Under the pieces are notes generated by a model. That model made no database searches. It saw only the letters and a list, made by a program, of their open reading frames with translations, and was not told the DNA's origin. A stretch of 64,000 nt of DNA, taken from NCBI RefSeq assembly GCF_006345805.1, contig NC_042998.1, positions 125,178,001 through 125,242,000 of the forward strand, written 5' to 3'. The position numbers and the translations under genes are program-made. This DNA comes from Octopus sinensis. Taxonomy: Eukaryota. Of this stretch, positions 35,814 to 50,150 are shown in pieces; positions within the stretch are counted from its first letter, which is position 1; each line of letters begins with the position of its first letter.

Positions 35814-38800
35814 AAGTACCATACCAGTGGGCCGTATAATTGCAGCTATCAATTTTCATTGGTTAATTATGCAATCTTCAATAGTTTTTGGATACACTAT
35901 CGCAATTTATTTCTAACACGACAACAATGTCTCAATTTTGAAGAATTGTTTTAAGCATTTATATTGACTTCAGTATATGACTAGTATCTATTTTATTGTA
36001 TCCGAAAGAATTAAAAGCAAAGTCTACCTGACAGAATTTGAACTCGGGAGCTAATTAGAAACTGCAAGTAATAGCTCGTACTGTCAATTTGTTTGTTCAA
36101 CATTACATTGCTGCCGATGTACACGGAACACTCAATCGTATTTACTTTGTGAAAATATTTCGTTAAAAAATTTTGTTTTCTTTTCATTTTTATTCTGATT
36201 ACTGGCAAAGTGAAATGTTTTTACTGTTCTATTAGCTGAGCATTTGTGGGATTTCTCTTCGGCGATCATCAGATAAAAAAAAAATAATTGCTTTTTTGAT
36301 GAGTCAAAAAGCTTTGTTACTGAGAATGAGAAATGTAAAAAAAATGATGATGTACATTTCTCTGTATGATTTGTATCAGGAAATGAAAGGACACCATGAT
36401 TTGGGTTAGTTTGTTGTTATTTGGCTTCAGAAACGTTGTGATCAGTTAGACTTATGATCGAGGCTGTTCTAAACATCATCATCTCTTTTTCAGATATATT
36501 GTATTTGGAGCTATATTATCCTGTGTCTCCATTTTTAGGATGGCTGTATGTGATTTTGCAGCTATTCTAGCAGGTAATAGGATTCGGAATGTGGTCCTCT
36601 CGGAGTAAATTTATTGAAGAAAACGTTAATTTTATTTTCGTTTACGAAATTATTTCACTTCTCTGGAAACACACGTATTGAATACAATTTTTCTAACGCT
36701 TTTTTTTTTTTTTTACAAAATATTAATATTGATTTCTTATGTAAATCACATTAAATGCCAAGCGAATAGAAATAAGATTAGGTGACGTTTATGCATTTTT
36801 ATTTTTAGGGGAATTAATAGCTTTTAATAATTTCAGTCGGAAACTAAAACGCTTCCACATGAACTGTTCAGCGAGAATTTACGTGAAACGAGTTGGTTAA
36901 CCACCTGATTTTTTTCAAATTTATTCTAACTAGATTATGCAAGGAATTCAGAGCGTTGGAATTAATAGCCTTGCTACCTAAAACCTTCGTCAGGACCCTG
37001 TTTTCACACTAGTTTTTATAATTTAAGTTTTTTTCATATAAACAATATAAATAGGTAAAGCGAATGTTTTGCAACATAAAGGTAGAATAATAATCTAAAA
37101 TGTAAATATATATGAAAACGTAAAAGCTTAAATTCCTTAGAAAATGTCATTAATCCTTAATTTTAAAATAAAACTGGTATTTTAGTTTTTCTCGTTAAAC
37201 TCCACTGCATTGCCGGCAATTAAATATTTTAGGGAGCGTTTTTTTAATTTCGCAATCGAATGTGTTTATTCGCTATGTTTGCTCTCAGAGAAGCAAAGTA
37301 ATTTCGAAGACGAAAATAAAATTGTTTCCTTGAATAAATATACTCCAGGAATCAAATTCTAAAGTAAAATTTATTTGTTGCTTAGCTCACGTTTAAATTG
37401 GTTGCCTGCTTGGAATAATTTCCCTTGAATTTCCGACCCACCTCCCCACATAAATTTAGATTGTTACTTTCATATTTTCATTTCTCTAATATTAAGTTCG
37501 TACCATACCAATCTCGAAATCTTTATTGATTTCTAACCTAGGAATACTGACACAAATTTACGACATATTAGAGAAATATAAGTTTGAGATAGTCATGCTT
37601 TCTTCGTTGACATTAACTATATAATTTCCGTAACATCGAAGCAGGTGTTCATGTGTCTTGTACAATAAGTTGCTACTGTTTGCAATACGGTAAACTGAGA
37701 CCCCTACAGTAAGGTGGTGTTGTGTTGATTTTTTACTACGGATATAGTGTGCCACTGGTGGCTGGATAAGAACCATCGCTAGCACTACATTTTTTTTGCC
37801 TTAATATGAACCAGCAACAATCATTTACTGTGGTATATAAATTCAGAAAAGTCACCAAGCTAGAGCTCTACACATTTTTATGTACAGAATTATTGTATAT
37901 GTGGATATCTAGAGTGATAGAGTAATGAAATCCAATGCAGAATTCGGTTATTGATGCTTTTTCACTGCTTTGTATCCATAGCCATGTGACTTCTCTCAAA
38001 TTAACTTGTCTCCAGAATATTTCAAATAGATGATGTACTGAATGGGGCACGCAAAAAAAAAATTATGAATTGAAATTTCCTTCTTAGTTGCCGAAAGAAA
38101 ACAAAATCTTAGCCATAATTATTGTCGACACGTGAAGGAGAAAAGTTCAAGAACTGAGATCCTACGAATAGTTGTGATTATTAAATTGAGTGTTACTTGA
38201 TATTCTACCGAAAGGAAATTCTTATGGTCGTTGAACTTTTATTCCATATCTGCTACTAATATATTAAGGAATTTATGCTATTCACCAACCGCAGACACCC
38301 TGCCTATTTGGAAAATATTTAAAAGAACTCTGTATCCACCAGACAGCTAAACACACAGGGTGAGATGAAATACAATAAACTCCTAAGTGATGTTTTACCG
38401 TACCGCTATAGTCACCTTTATCCTCCTCCTGTTTAGAGTTGGTAAAATATATACATTGTGATCGATTCAGTAGTTTTCTATGTTCGAAATATATCCCTTT
38501 TTGACTAGGAATGAGGTCCCATAGTTTTAAGTTACTTGAGATGGAATGTTATTATATCCATTCTTTTCCAGATGTACTAACGTAAAATAGAGTTCAAGGG
38601 AAAATTGACTGCTATGTTATTATTATTTTGACTAAAAGGATTAAAAAACAAATTGAAGGTTGTAGTAAGTTATAACATTTATACTTCATCTAAGGACATT
38701 GTCACTAAGTAAAGATTTTAAAAAATTGCTCATCTAGAAATGGAAACTAATCGGAGGCTGACTTGTTTCATTAATGGGATATTGCTTTCTGGAGAAAACA

Positions 38801-41232
38801 ACCACAAACTAATAGAAAATGGGGGTGAGATTGCGTGGTGCATGTTTCTTTTTTCAGTTTTTTTTAATGTATTTTTTTTTTCATTGGAATATTTAGTAGG
38901 ATAGCGGATATAACAAGGCTTCTTCCACGTGTTCTGTTTCAAATTGCCATAGAAAACTACATTGCGAGTTTTCTGAATTTACTCGAATATATTACTGTTA
39001 TATATTTTATCAAATCCAAGCAGGCAAGTGAGAGATACCGTTGACTAGAATTGGATTTGAACTAAGAACGGGAATATACGGAAACACACCACATTAAGTA
39101 GTTTACTATATTTTACTGTATTTATTCATTTTGTCCGGTAAAACTTTCAGTGGAATGTCATCTGTCTATTGCAAAGCTCATCCATGAAAAAAGTAAAGTA
39201 CAATCGAAATTAACTATTGAGGCAGTAGAATGGAAACTGGGAGAACGCTAGATAATAATGGTGTGAAATATTCGGTCTTCTCTGGGTCTCACTTTAAACC
39301 CAATTCTTACCATGTTTGACTTTGATTTTCATCTCGACAGGAGTTAATAAACCGACTGCCAATTGTATACTGAGATCAATTTATTCAACTGCTCTTTTAC
39401 AAAACTTGAAAGTGTGCTTAATCAAATGAAATCGATAATTACTACAACAAAAAGATGAAGTATTAGATTCAAGCATTAACTGCGAAATTAGACACCAAAG
39501 CACTTGCTGTAATGTTTACGAAACTCATCGTTAGAAGTCCTTTTAAATAGAAATGTAAATACATAGACAACAAGGGTATTGCTTTATTAACCAAATTGGT
39601 TATGATGTAGTCATGTGACCAATCAATTATATTTAGTTAAACGGAAAATAATCCCTCGCTGCAAAGAAATCAATAACTAAATACCCAATTGGCTGCGAAA
39701 ATAAATTGAATGTTCAGTGTAATTAAATATTTAAAATGTTTTAGATAATTATTTTCTTTTTGCTTTCATTCTTAACTTTACGCCAGTCAGAAGATAAATT
39801 TTATCATAGTACTGTGTGTGTGTGTAATGTATGTACAAGATTTGAATAGTTATTCTGGAGGTTAGGTATTGCCCGTAACGCTGTCGAGTAAAAATTTCAT
39901 CAGTCAACTAGTTAAGTCTTCATACAAAGATTTAGAAATCTAGATAGTTGAGGCAAAGAAAAACCCATCGATAAAATTACGTATTTCTAAGCATCCTGTT
40001 TACTTCATTTTTCTGCTAAAGTATTTTTCTTTAAGCTTATCAGCAGTTTTCAGAAGCAGAACTCCTTAAATCTTGGGAGGAAAACATTTTAAGAAATGTG
40101 ATAACAACAAAAAAATAATTTTTTCACGTGATCAGAAATAAATTTATGGCGGAAATATCAATATTATAGCCAAGTGAAATAACAAATGCTGGTTTAGTTT
40201 ATTATATGACACTTCCGTAATCTATCTCACGGATTTATCTTAATAATAAACAAAAGAAAACGACACTACTGAATTAAGAATTTCGTCGACTGACTCAATC
40301 CCATGTGTCAAACTTAATTATTTTCTTAAAAAGACATTGTTTGCTCTGGCAGAGTTTGTACTCGGGAAATAGGGTTCCTAAATACTACAAAGCATTTAGT
40401 TTTCAGTTCTTCCTTTCTTAACAGCTCGATGAATTACGATCCAGGAAAGCCACTCTGCATTAGCGCGGTATACGAGAAATAACAGCCAAATCTTTTCATA
40501 ACATACCCTATCTTCCCTAAAGAAGGATACATTGAATTAAAAAGATGAGTTGATCATGCTCAAGCAGGACTTACCTAGGGCTAAACAACAACAAACAACA
40601 TTTCTTAATGTCTATTCTTGTTCCGTAGTAATTTTGTATTGTACTGCAATGTTGCACTTCATAAAATAATACATTACTATGGAAGTTAGGAGTCTCCACT
40701 TCGAGCTGCTAGAAATGCTAGGTTCCCTCAAACTAAACCTTGCCATGTTAAAAGATTTTTAAAATCATTGAATAATGTTTGCCGGAAAATAAGATGGTGT
40801 CGGCACATATAAGTTTTCTTCTGTCATAAGACTACTCAATCACGGGTAACCTATGATTATTCAGTAACCAATCTATTACTTGGTAACTTTCAATAACATC
40901 CTTCTTTGCACGTGATGTTAGATGAAAAGAAAATGACCAACAGTAATGGAACAATTTTATTACACGTCTCTCTATATATAGAGCATTATTATTACTAAAA
41001 ACAATACCTTTAAATCTACGCTACAAATACTTTCTATTTGAGAAGAGACTTCAGAATTGATGTATATTTTTAAAGGTAGTAGAGATGGTCACATCAAGAG
41101 CTAAATTTGGAAACTTTAGTACCTTTAAATCTATATCCCACTGCTTTGTGTTTAAATTTTACTAAAAAGTATTTCTATTGGAGCTTTAACAACCTTCTTA
41201 ACAAATTTAGATTAATATTAAATTTGTATCTA

Positions 41233-41400
41233 AAGCGGTGAGTTGGCAGAATCGTTAGCACCCTGGACAAAATGCTCAGCAGTATTTCGTCCATCTTTAC
41301 GTTCTGAGTTCAAATACCACCGAGGTCAACTTTGCATTCATCCTTTTGGGGTCGATAAAATAAGTATCAGTTGAGTCTTATTTACCCTCTCCCTTGCCTC
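41233..41400 (+). mobile_element. SINE family A copy
   Basis: Family A head and body. Confidence 0.75.
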
Positions 41401-43397
41401 TCAACAAAATTAGTCCCAGAAATATACTGACTCTACACCTCCTGCTCCTGTCAATGAAAACTGTTTAGTCAAAAGGCACCAAAATTTAATAATCATATAC
41501 AGTTCAATTCGAATGTCGAGCAGTAGAAACAGTAAGTCAATTATTAGTCCCGGCCCTCTATGTTAGAACTCAAATCCCTCTGATGTCAACCGATATTTGT
41601 GCATTGTCAGTAGTAAATTTGGTAGCTTATTTTATAAATGTGTGAACGTGTGCTAATGCAAGAAGTCAAAATTTAACTATTGCTTAACGCTAGATGTTTG
41701 GTCGGTGTCCAAGACAAGACATTTATCTTCTTGTCCCAGTCCATTCGGCTATAAGTAGCTATCACAGTATAGAAGGCACGCCATAATAGACAATAGAAAT
41801 CTGAAATTAACTAATATTTCATTGGCTGTCTGTAGTGAATAACACATCACCTGGGGACATACAACTAGATGTTGTTCATGTGTGTGATAGTGATAATCAT
41901 GATCTCCTACGTGTAAACATGGAAGCCAAAAGAGTTGCGGAATTTTTGTTTTAGTTTTACTTTCATTTTTTATTTTTTGTTTACATTTTCAGTATTTTTC
42001 CTGATATTTGAAGTAAGCGAACGCAGAGAACGATTTCGTTAATTAAACGTGGCGGTCCTTTAACCATGAGATAAGAGGGAATTAATTGCGTAAGATAGGT
42101 GGAGCCATTAGAGAGGTGAAGGTAAACGATTTTAATGTAAAATGAAACTAAGTTGGTCACCCTTTACTATTTATTTATTTTTTGCTGCAGAATTGATCAC
42201 TGCACCGAGCGTTCATCATAAGAAATGAATAATTAATTTAGATTTTTAGAATTTTTCCGCACTACAAACACATTGGAATATTGTAATATAAACTAATTGT
42301 CTCTGTTCTTTCTCATTAAGGAGACTCTTTGTTATTAAGATATGCTTAGTGATTAATACAGTAACTCCGTTAATTACGATCTAACTATTAACAGGATTAA
42401 ACTTGTTATTTTTATCTTAGAATATTCCCAAAATGTAGAAATTGCAATAACAATTATGATAAAGAATATTAATAATTTCGAATTTTTGGCTGTGGGCTAG
42501 TTCGGGGAGGAGATATAGCTGATTAAATTGACACCACTCGACTGCTAGTTAGTTTATTGACTACGTAATGAATGCGGTTTCGGGAGAGATTCTACATAGT
42601 TGACTTGCTACAAATGACAGCCATTCTTGCTCAAACCATGCTCTACCGTCTAATCTTGAATATTTTGAGAAAAATGAAGATTAGATTCACAGTCTGAATC
42701 TCTTTAATCAATCTTGCTCAATTATGGATGACCTGGGACTAAACAACAGCTGTAAAATCACCAGAGTTGACCAGAGCGAATTTAAACATAAAGGAATATA
42801 ACTGAACATAACAAGGCATTTTGTTGGCGTTCTTCTGTTTTTGTCACTCTACAGTAATAACAAAATCTAAATGCTGTAAATAAAACTACAGAATTTCATA
42901 AAAACCTCGCCTGTCAGCTACTTATTAAAAGAACTTCTTGTCATAAACTATGTATTTCCAGTGAATCGAAGGATTTAACCTTCTTAACAACTTCGGCTTA
43001 TTAGCATAGATAGCTCTTTAATACTCCTAATGTATTTAGTCTAGGAACTGGTTCTGTATTCGTGGTATAATCTTTTCATTTCACTTAACTTGCGATGCTA
43101 ATATCTTCGGAATACATGGATGTCACACTATCTTATGTACTTTCCCTGAGTTCTGTGTCCGTGTAAGAAAGCAATTAATCAGAAAATAGCATATGCAAGT
43201 CCTAATCTTTCTGTCTCAGATTTAGCTCAGTAGATTTTGTGATACAGTCATCAACACCATATTGTATGGCTATTTCAACTTTCTATCAACATCATGAGTT
43301 TGTTTCTGTGTACAGTGGTAGATTAGACAAAATTTACATGATTGGTGGCTTGCAGTTTCCTACTATTTTGCTGTCTTACAATCAGATTCTCTCTCTC

Positions 43398-43439
<42 letters not shown>

Positions 43440-44144
43440 GTATGTATGTATGTGTGTGTGTGATTTTCAGAAACACTGTTAATATCATATTTATCTTATA
43501 TTGTAAGTTGAACAAATTTACAAATCCACTTGGTCCTTAAAAATCTATCTCGCCTTTTAAAGTACCTAATTTTATTTCCTCATTTGTAGTTAAAAAGCTA
43601 ATGATGTACTATTCCATATTGTTATGTTCAAATCTTACCGGGATCAACTTTGATTTTTGTATATCCATGATCGATAAAATAATACAACTTATATTAAGTA
43701 AGCATATTGCCAAAGTTGTTGTGGTGTCGGGTAGAATGCTTGGTGAGTATTTATTTCAGTTGTCTGCGATCTGAATTCAAACCCCGCTGCGGCAAGTGAA
43801 GTAGTTCACCTTTCTGTGGTTGATAAAATACCAGCCAAGTTCTGAGCCGATCTCTCCCTCTCCCTCTCTCTCTCTCCCCCCCTCTCTCTCTCTCTCTCTG
43901 TGAAAGCGCAATTTGCACGTGAAGATTCGCAGGAAACTACATGCAGTGAGGTTCTAGCAGTTTCTTATAGAAAACAATGACGCACGAAGGTGGACTGAGA
44001 AGTTCATAGGTTAACTATGAAAGAGTGATGTCAGAGCTGTGGAATCTTGCATGCATTAATTTCAACTTGTTTTTAGTAATAACTTCACTCTCTTTCCAGT
44101 TAAACTGACATCTGACTGTTCAGAGAAGACTTCAAAAGTAACTA

Positions 44145-44628
44145 CAGTAATCCCTCGATTATCGCGGGTGTTACGTTCCACCCACCCACCCACCCGCGAT
44201 AGGTGAAAATCCGCTAAGTAGAAACAGTACTGTACTGTATATATTTTTAATTATTTTTATAAATTGTTTATATCTATTTTATTTTTATATATTTAAGCTT
44301 TTATAAACTCTCCCCACACTCTTAGGAATTTCGTTTCCCATACAGAAAGTGCAATTCTTTGTTTACTCAACTATGATACACTACGAATTTTCCTTAAACA
44401 TATTCTGTGTTATACAGTGCAGTGCTGTACTGTATTTTTATATATTAATTTATTAATTTTTAGCTACGAAAAGGCTTATTTTACCACAGAATTAGTTAAC
44501 ATCTGAAGAAAATATAAATATCGGCTGCAGAAACCCGCGATATACTGAGGAGTCCGCGATATAAATTTACATATATTAGTCAGAATATCCGCGATGCACT
44601 GAGGGCGCGATATGGCGAATGATTACTG
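44145..44628. mobile_element. Tigger/pogo-like MITE (484 bp) nested in mariner
   Basis: Imperfect TIRs cagtaatccctcgattatcgcg / cgcgatatggcgaatgattactg; TA duplicated at 44143-44144 and 44629-44630. Confidence 0.8.
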
Positions 44629-44957
44629 TAGTAGCACTTCTCTTGAAAATGGACAAAAGTGGGTATTGTGATGTAATCACTCATTCATGCTGACATGGTT
44701 CCTCCACTAGGGGATGAAGCTCCAGCTTTATCAACAATGTAAAAGTGGACTGCTGAATTTAGGAGAGGAAGGGGAAGTCTTGAAGATGACCCAATGTCTA
44801 GACGTCCCACAACTGTCACCACCTAAGAAAACATTTGATCGTGTTCATCTCATGGGGAGGGATTACGGGCGATTGACTATAAATCAAATAGTCAATGCTA
44901 TTGGCATATCTCGTGAGAAAGTGGAGAATATTCTGCGCAATGAACTTGCCATGACGA

Positions 44958-45135
44958 ATGCTGTTGTAGTGGTGTTGTGGATAAATTAATGTTTCGCGGT
45001 ATTTTTCATACAATAGCAAGAAACGATGGGATTGGAGTTTGCTGCGGAAAAATCTTTCCCACTCACGTCTTTTTTTCTTTCATATAGTGTGTTTCTTTGA
45101 GTTTATGGGTAAAGCTTTGAGCCATCTGTGATATG
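44958..45135 (-). mobile_element. 5'-truncated 3' end of the LINE family at 49012, inserted in the mariner ORF
   Basis: High similarity to 49012-49190 (tgctgttgtagtggtgttgtggataaatt...); interrupts mariner between ELAMT and ARWVPRLL-like codons. Confidence 0.8.
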
Positions 45136-46660
45136 CGCTCGGTAGATGCCACGTCTTCTAACATCTGAACAAAAATGCACCAGGCTAACCATACCGCAGG
45201 AAAACTTGACATTGTGTGAGGCAGATGCAGCTGGTTTCCTTGAACGTTTCGTAACACAGGATGAGTGTTGAGTTTATCACTTTGAGCCAGAGACAGAAAC
45301 AATCCATGCAATGGAAATACCCTTCTTCACCTGCTTCAAAGAAGACGAAGATCGTTTCATCTGCAGAGAAAATGATGACCTCGGTCTTTGGGGGATGCAA
45401 AAGGCAGTGCGTTTATTGGCCATCTTAAAAAGGGCTTCACCATCAATACAAAGTACTATGTCAACTTGCTGAAGCAGTTAAGAAAAGCTATCAAGACCAA
45501 ACGCCCAAGAAAACTGAAGAAGGCGGTTTTGTTTCATCGGGACAATTCTCCAGCACTCAAGTTCTGCTGTGCGTGACTGTGACTTTGAACTTGCTGGTCA
45601 CCCTGCCTATTCTCTCAATTTAGCCCCATCTGACTATCATCTGTTCCCCAACATGTAGAAACACTTGGCTAGAATTCACTACTGCAGTGATGACATCATA
45701 TCTGTTGTTGATGGCTTTTTTGACCAACATGATAAAAGCTTCATCACCATTGGGATCCAAGCACTGCAAAGCCGATGGAAAAATTATGTGGACCGCTAGG
45801 GTGAGAAATAAACCTCATTTGGTCACATTCCTTGTTGAGAAAACCTTGTTCAGCTTATGAACTTTTCAGCCTACCGTCGTACAACTGAAACCGTCAAAAG
45901 GACGGTCCAATGTCTTGAAGAGGGTAAAAGGAAATAACAGAAGATATAAATCTTCAACTAAATCGATGTTTTCTTTTGTCATTGAATGAGTGGCTTTATG
46001 TCATGTAAGAAATCAATGATAATGTACCCAAATAAATGTTTTATGCTATTTAATTTGAGATACTGCTGTGACCTAGTTAAACTATCATCCCTCGCGGATC
46101 GATAAAGTAAGAACCAATAGCCTACTGGGTGCTATTCTCTCGTTTAAAACTTGTTCCCTTACAAAATTTGACATTGTGTGTTGTCAAAAGAAAGTCAATT
46201 TAAAAATGTATGGGTAGCATAATTAAATTGAATTCTTTCGTATCTTTTCCTTTTACATTGAAAGAAAATAATAACGGTTGTGTTGTGGATGACGAGGGGA
46301 TAAAAGATATTTAAAAAAATTCAGATGTTTTATGGCTTTGATTAAAGTAGATTTTTCTTTTGAACAAATCCGCTTCTTTTTGTTTTGTTTATGTATTTTT
46401 GTTTTCGTTGTTTATAATATCGTATTGAATCTCAAGATAAATATAATACCAGCTAACGAATATACTATTATAAGTTAACCTATTTGAAAAGAATAGTATT
46501 AAGCATAGTTCCTGTTTTCTGGAATAGGCAAAGATAACAGATGCCATGCAAGTGGTCTCAGACAGAAATTATGAGTTCGAAAATTACATCTTTCAATGCT
46601 TAAATTTCATTTCTGTCAAATACGACTAAGCAATAAATGATAAGCTGAAGATGTTTGTCC

Positions 46661-46662
<2 letters not shown>

Positions 46663-46742
<80 letters not shown>
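46663..46742. repeat. (CT)n microsatellite
   Basis: Direct inspection. Confidence 0.95.
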
Positions 46743-46743
<1 letters not shown>

Positions 46744-48320
46744 TATATATGATGTAAAATTAATCTTTCTAATCATTAATATTACTTACAAAGTATTAGA
46801 ATTAAATGCCATACAGGACTGAGATCGTATTTCAAATGTAGGTTACTGCTCATTCTTTCTACCTTCTGGTTGTTCAATAAATTCTTTTATTTTACAAATA
46901 TCTGATTTTTTAAAACTTAGTTATGATTAGAAAATGTGTTTGTGTGATATTCATATCTTTTTTGGCGGAGGATCAAGAGTTAGAATTTTTCCCACTGAGG
47001 TAATTTAAGAGAAACGTTTTAGGTTGTAATTTCGGTTCACTACGATTTTACCTTTTACTTAATAGCCCTCACCACCGTTTGCAAATAATATCAATCCTTG
47101 TTAAAGCTCGAGTCTCTGTGGTCGTTTGGCCTCTTAAATTATTAACCAAGTCTTCCTCAAATTAACACATTATCTTACAAAAAAGAAATAGCGACGAGAT
47201 AATGTAGCACTAGATATACTATTAGAAAAATTATGGTATGGTCACCACTGGATCGTCTTTTTATCATGTTTGTCCAAATAGGGAGTGTCCTGGGGTAAAC
47301 AACAACAATGATATTCCGTCAAAGTTGGGTTGTAATCACCTCTATTATCGTTATGCAATCTCAAGTTTTTATTTTATACAATACCGACTGACCCTACCTT
47401 AAGCTATTCCATGAACCAGTTTTTCTTTGCATATCTGCTACGCCTAATCTCCGAGATTTCATATTTTTCCCCAATACTAATTGAACATCACCTTTTCTCT
47501 CGTTGCAGTCTCTCTTTTTTTTTCTGAAAATATGCCAGCATAGAAATGTTCTTCGTTTCCCTTACGTATTTCGGTGGATGTCTCAGTGGTCATCTGAAAT
47601 AAGCGAGTAGTCAAAATATTTTGTTATGCTTGTTTCTTGATTGCTTACATAACACTTTCTAGAGTTAAATCACTGGCAAGATGCAAAAATGTATAAATTT
47701 CTTGTTACTTTCTCCTAAGCAACCTGCATTTTTCCAACGTTGTAATATAAGCATGTCGAATAATGTCATATGTGATATTCGACCCAAGTTACATAATTCA
47801 AATGATGTAGATAACTACAAATATGGTTTCTAACATAGCCGTAAGGCTATAAAATCGGAGAAATAAGTATGAGCCCATGACTGGTTTTTCCTTTCATCCT
47901 TATGGTATCGATAAAATAAAATATCAATCTTGGTTGTATTTGAACTCAGAACGTGATGTGTTTAATTCGTCTCTTTTCTGATTGTAACTCCACCGCCCTC
48001 ACATCAGCATAAAATTTAAAAGCATCATATTTGGATATTCCTTTATACTCTACGCTTCAAACGTTGTCATATTTGAAAATATCAATACTCCAGAGCTGTA
48101 TTAATCGGTTACTGAATTGCAATAAATTACCTACACACTTAGCAATTGCTGGGGTAATCATTTAATACTAGGTTGTATCTGATCAAAAGTATTCCAGCAC
48201 TCAAGCTGACTTTCTCATGCATTAGGTATCCAGGACTACATTTTTCATTGACCTGTATTTATAAAACAGTAGAGAGAATTTTGAAGAAGATTTGTTGCTA
48301 TTTTCACTATTATTCTAGAT

Positions 48321-48694
48321 AAAAGGTTCTCAACAGGGGCCATATTCCCCACCCCGTGGGGGAGCATTTGGAGCTCGAAGAGGACGTTTTTGAGCAAAGG
48401 GGGTCTCTTGTACCAAAGAGCATTCGATAGAAAACGCGTTGATCTCATAAGTGTCACATGGTGGAAATAAACGCAATTACCGAACTTTCAATTTATTATT
48501 TAGAATCATACATCTGTACTTCCGACTGCGTACAAGCGCATATGTAAAATGGCGTCCCTTATTTTTTAATCATTTTCTGCTGATATAAAAATAAGTAGTA
48601 TACTGGAAAATAAAAATATTTTCTAGGGCGCTCATTTGTAACTCCAAGAGTCAAAAGGGGGCCGCCGTTGGTCAAAATGGGTTGAAAACCTTTG
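48321..48694. mobile_element. hAT (Charlie-like) MITE, 374 bp
   Basis: 14-bp TIRs aaaaggttctcaac / gttgaaaacctttg; 8-bp TSD ttctagat at 48313-48320 and 48695-48702. Confidence 0.8.
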
Positions 48695-49011
48695 TTCTAG
48701 ATAGTTGTGTAACCCTAAGTCGGTTTTTTTAACCTGATCACACTCTAACAGTCAGAGAGGAATCATGTAACGTGTAGAGTGGAAGTCTGAATACTTATTT
48801 TCTTTACTGTCTCGACTACATATTCTGGTGGTGGCCACAACAGAAGCGGGTGATATCGACTAGCAGAGCACTACACTCACTATTACTCCGCACTAAACAT
48901 TGGTGGTGTGTATTCTAGAACAGTACTTAGGATTGATGTTATTGCAGCTTTTTGATGTGTTTGTCTTTTGTGTTTGTCTGAGCTGAGAGAGAGAGAGAGA
49001 GATTTTTAAAA

Positions 49012-50150
49012 TGCTGTTGTAGTGGTGTTGTGGATAAATTGTTTCGCGGTATTTTTCATAAATAGCAAGAAACGATGGGATTGGAGTTTGCTGCGGCAAA
49101 GCCTTCCCCACTCATGCCTTTTTTTCTTTCATATAATGTGTGTTTCTTTGAGTATATGGGCAAAGCTTTGTGCCATCAGTGATATGTACGTTGTTTTGTG
49201 GTAAAGTTTATTGTAATTTGTTGCAGAGATTTGGATTCTCTGTGGAGTTGGCTAAAATCCATGCAAGATATAATGTATTATTTATCTACAATTATTCCTT
49301 TATATTAGCTAAATGAGATGTATGCTCTACGCATGTGCCTTGTTTTTTCTGTTTTTTAGCGTGTTTTCTGTATATACTGTAAATTTCGTTGCGGTACTGC
49401 ATGGAACTCGTATTTTTGTCACCTGTTTATGCTGTTGAGTGGCAGTACTTAATGTTCTCAGTGGATTTGGTGGCAACTGTCACCAATTTGTTTTGGAACC
49501 AAATTTTAAAATAATTTATGTAGTATTTCAGTAATTGTGCAGGTGACTGGAGAATTGTGAGAAAGATTTGAAATATCATTTGCGTATGAGGTATTGTATA
49601 TTTCGAGGTGAGTGTTAGCCGTGTAGATATAGGTTTAAAAAGGGGGAATCCTTGTAGTACCCTTTTCGAGAAATTAAAAATTTTTTAAAGTGTTGTTTTT
49701 ATACGTTGGCTTGTCGACCTGATACAGGGTTTACTTGCAGCCTGTTTATTGTTTCTTAAGAAGATATCGAATATTTTATGTATGCAATTCCACAGCGGGG
49801 AACAGAGTTGTCTTCCTTGTGTCGACGGTGCAATAAAATAGTGCGTGTAATCTTCTTCTTGTTAAATCCGTTACCTCGCCTCCGTGTTAGGTTTGTGTTG
49901 AAGATCGTTAAATGCAGATTAAGGCTTACTAGTGATGTCGGTGATGAGATTTTGTCTTTTTAGAATAGAATAGTGATGGGCTGATTATCTTAATTTGGTG
50001 AGACGTGAGGGAGCGTAAAAATTCTTGTTTTTGCCAAGTTTCCTGATTTGGAAGATATTGTAGTATTGGTACAAGTGATTGTTGATAATGGTAAGTGTAG
50101 TAATTCCATCAGACTAAGTGTCTGTCACGTTTAGTGAACAATCAAATCCA
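49012..50150 (-). mobile_element. Decayed LINE (jockey/I/CR1-group-like RT) 3' portion
   Basis: Degenerate GVPQG-like (GVLQG), YADD-like (YAND) and WFQNKLVTVATKS motifs on minus; 3' end shared with 44958-45135. Confidence 0.55.

Larger units (their letters stand above)
43984..45879 (+). mobile_element. Mariner (DD34D-type) transposon relic with two nested insertions
   Basis: TIRs acgaaggtggactgagaagttcata (43984) and tatgaacttttcagcctaccgtcgt (to ~45879); transposase pieces INTKYYVNLL, LFHRDNSPA, HPAYSLNLAPSDYHLFP. Confidence 0.85.
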
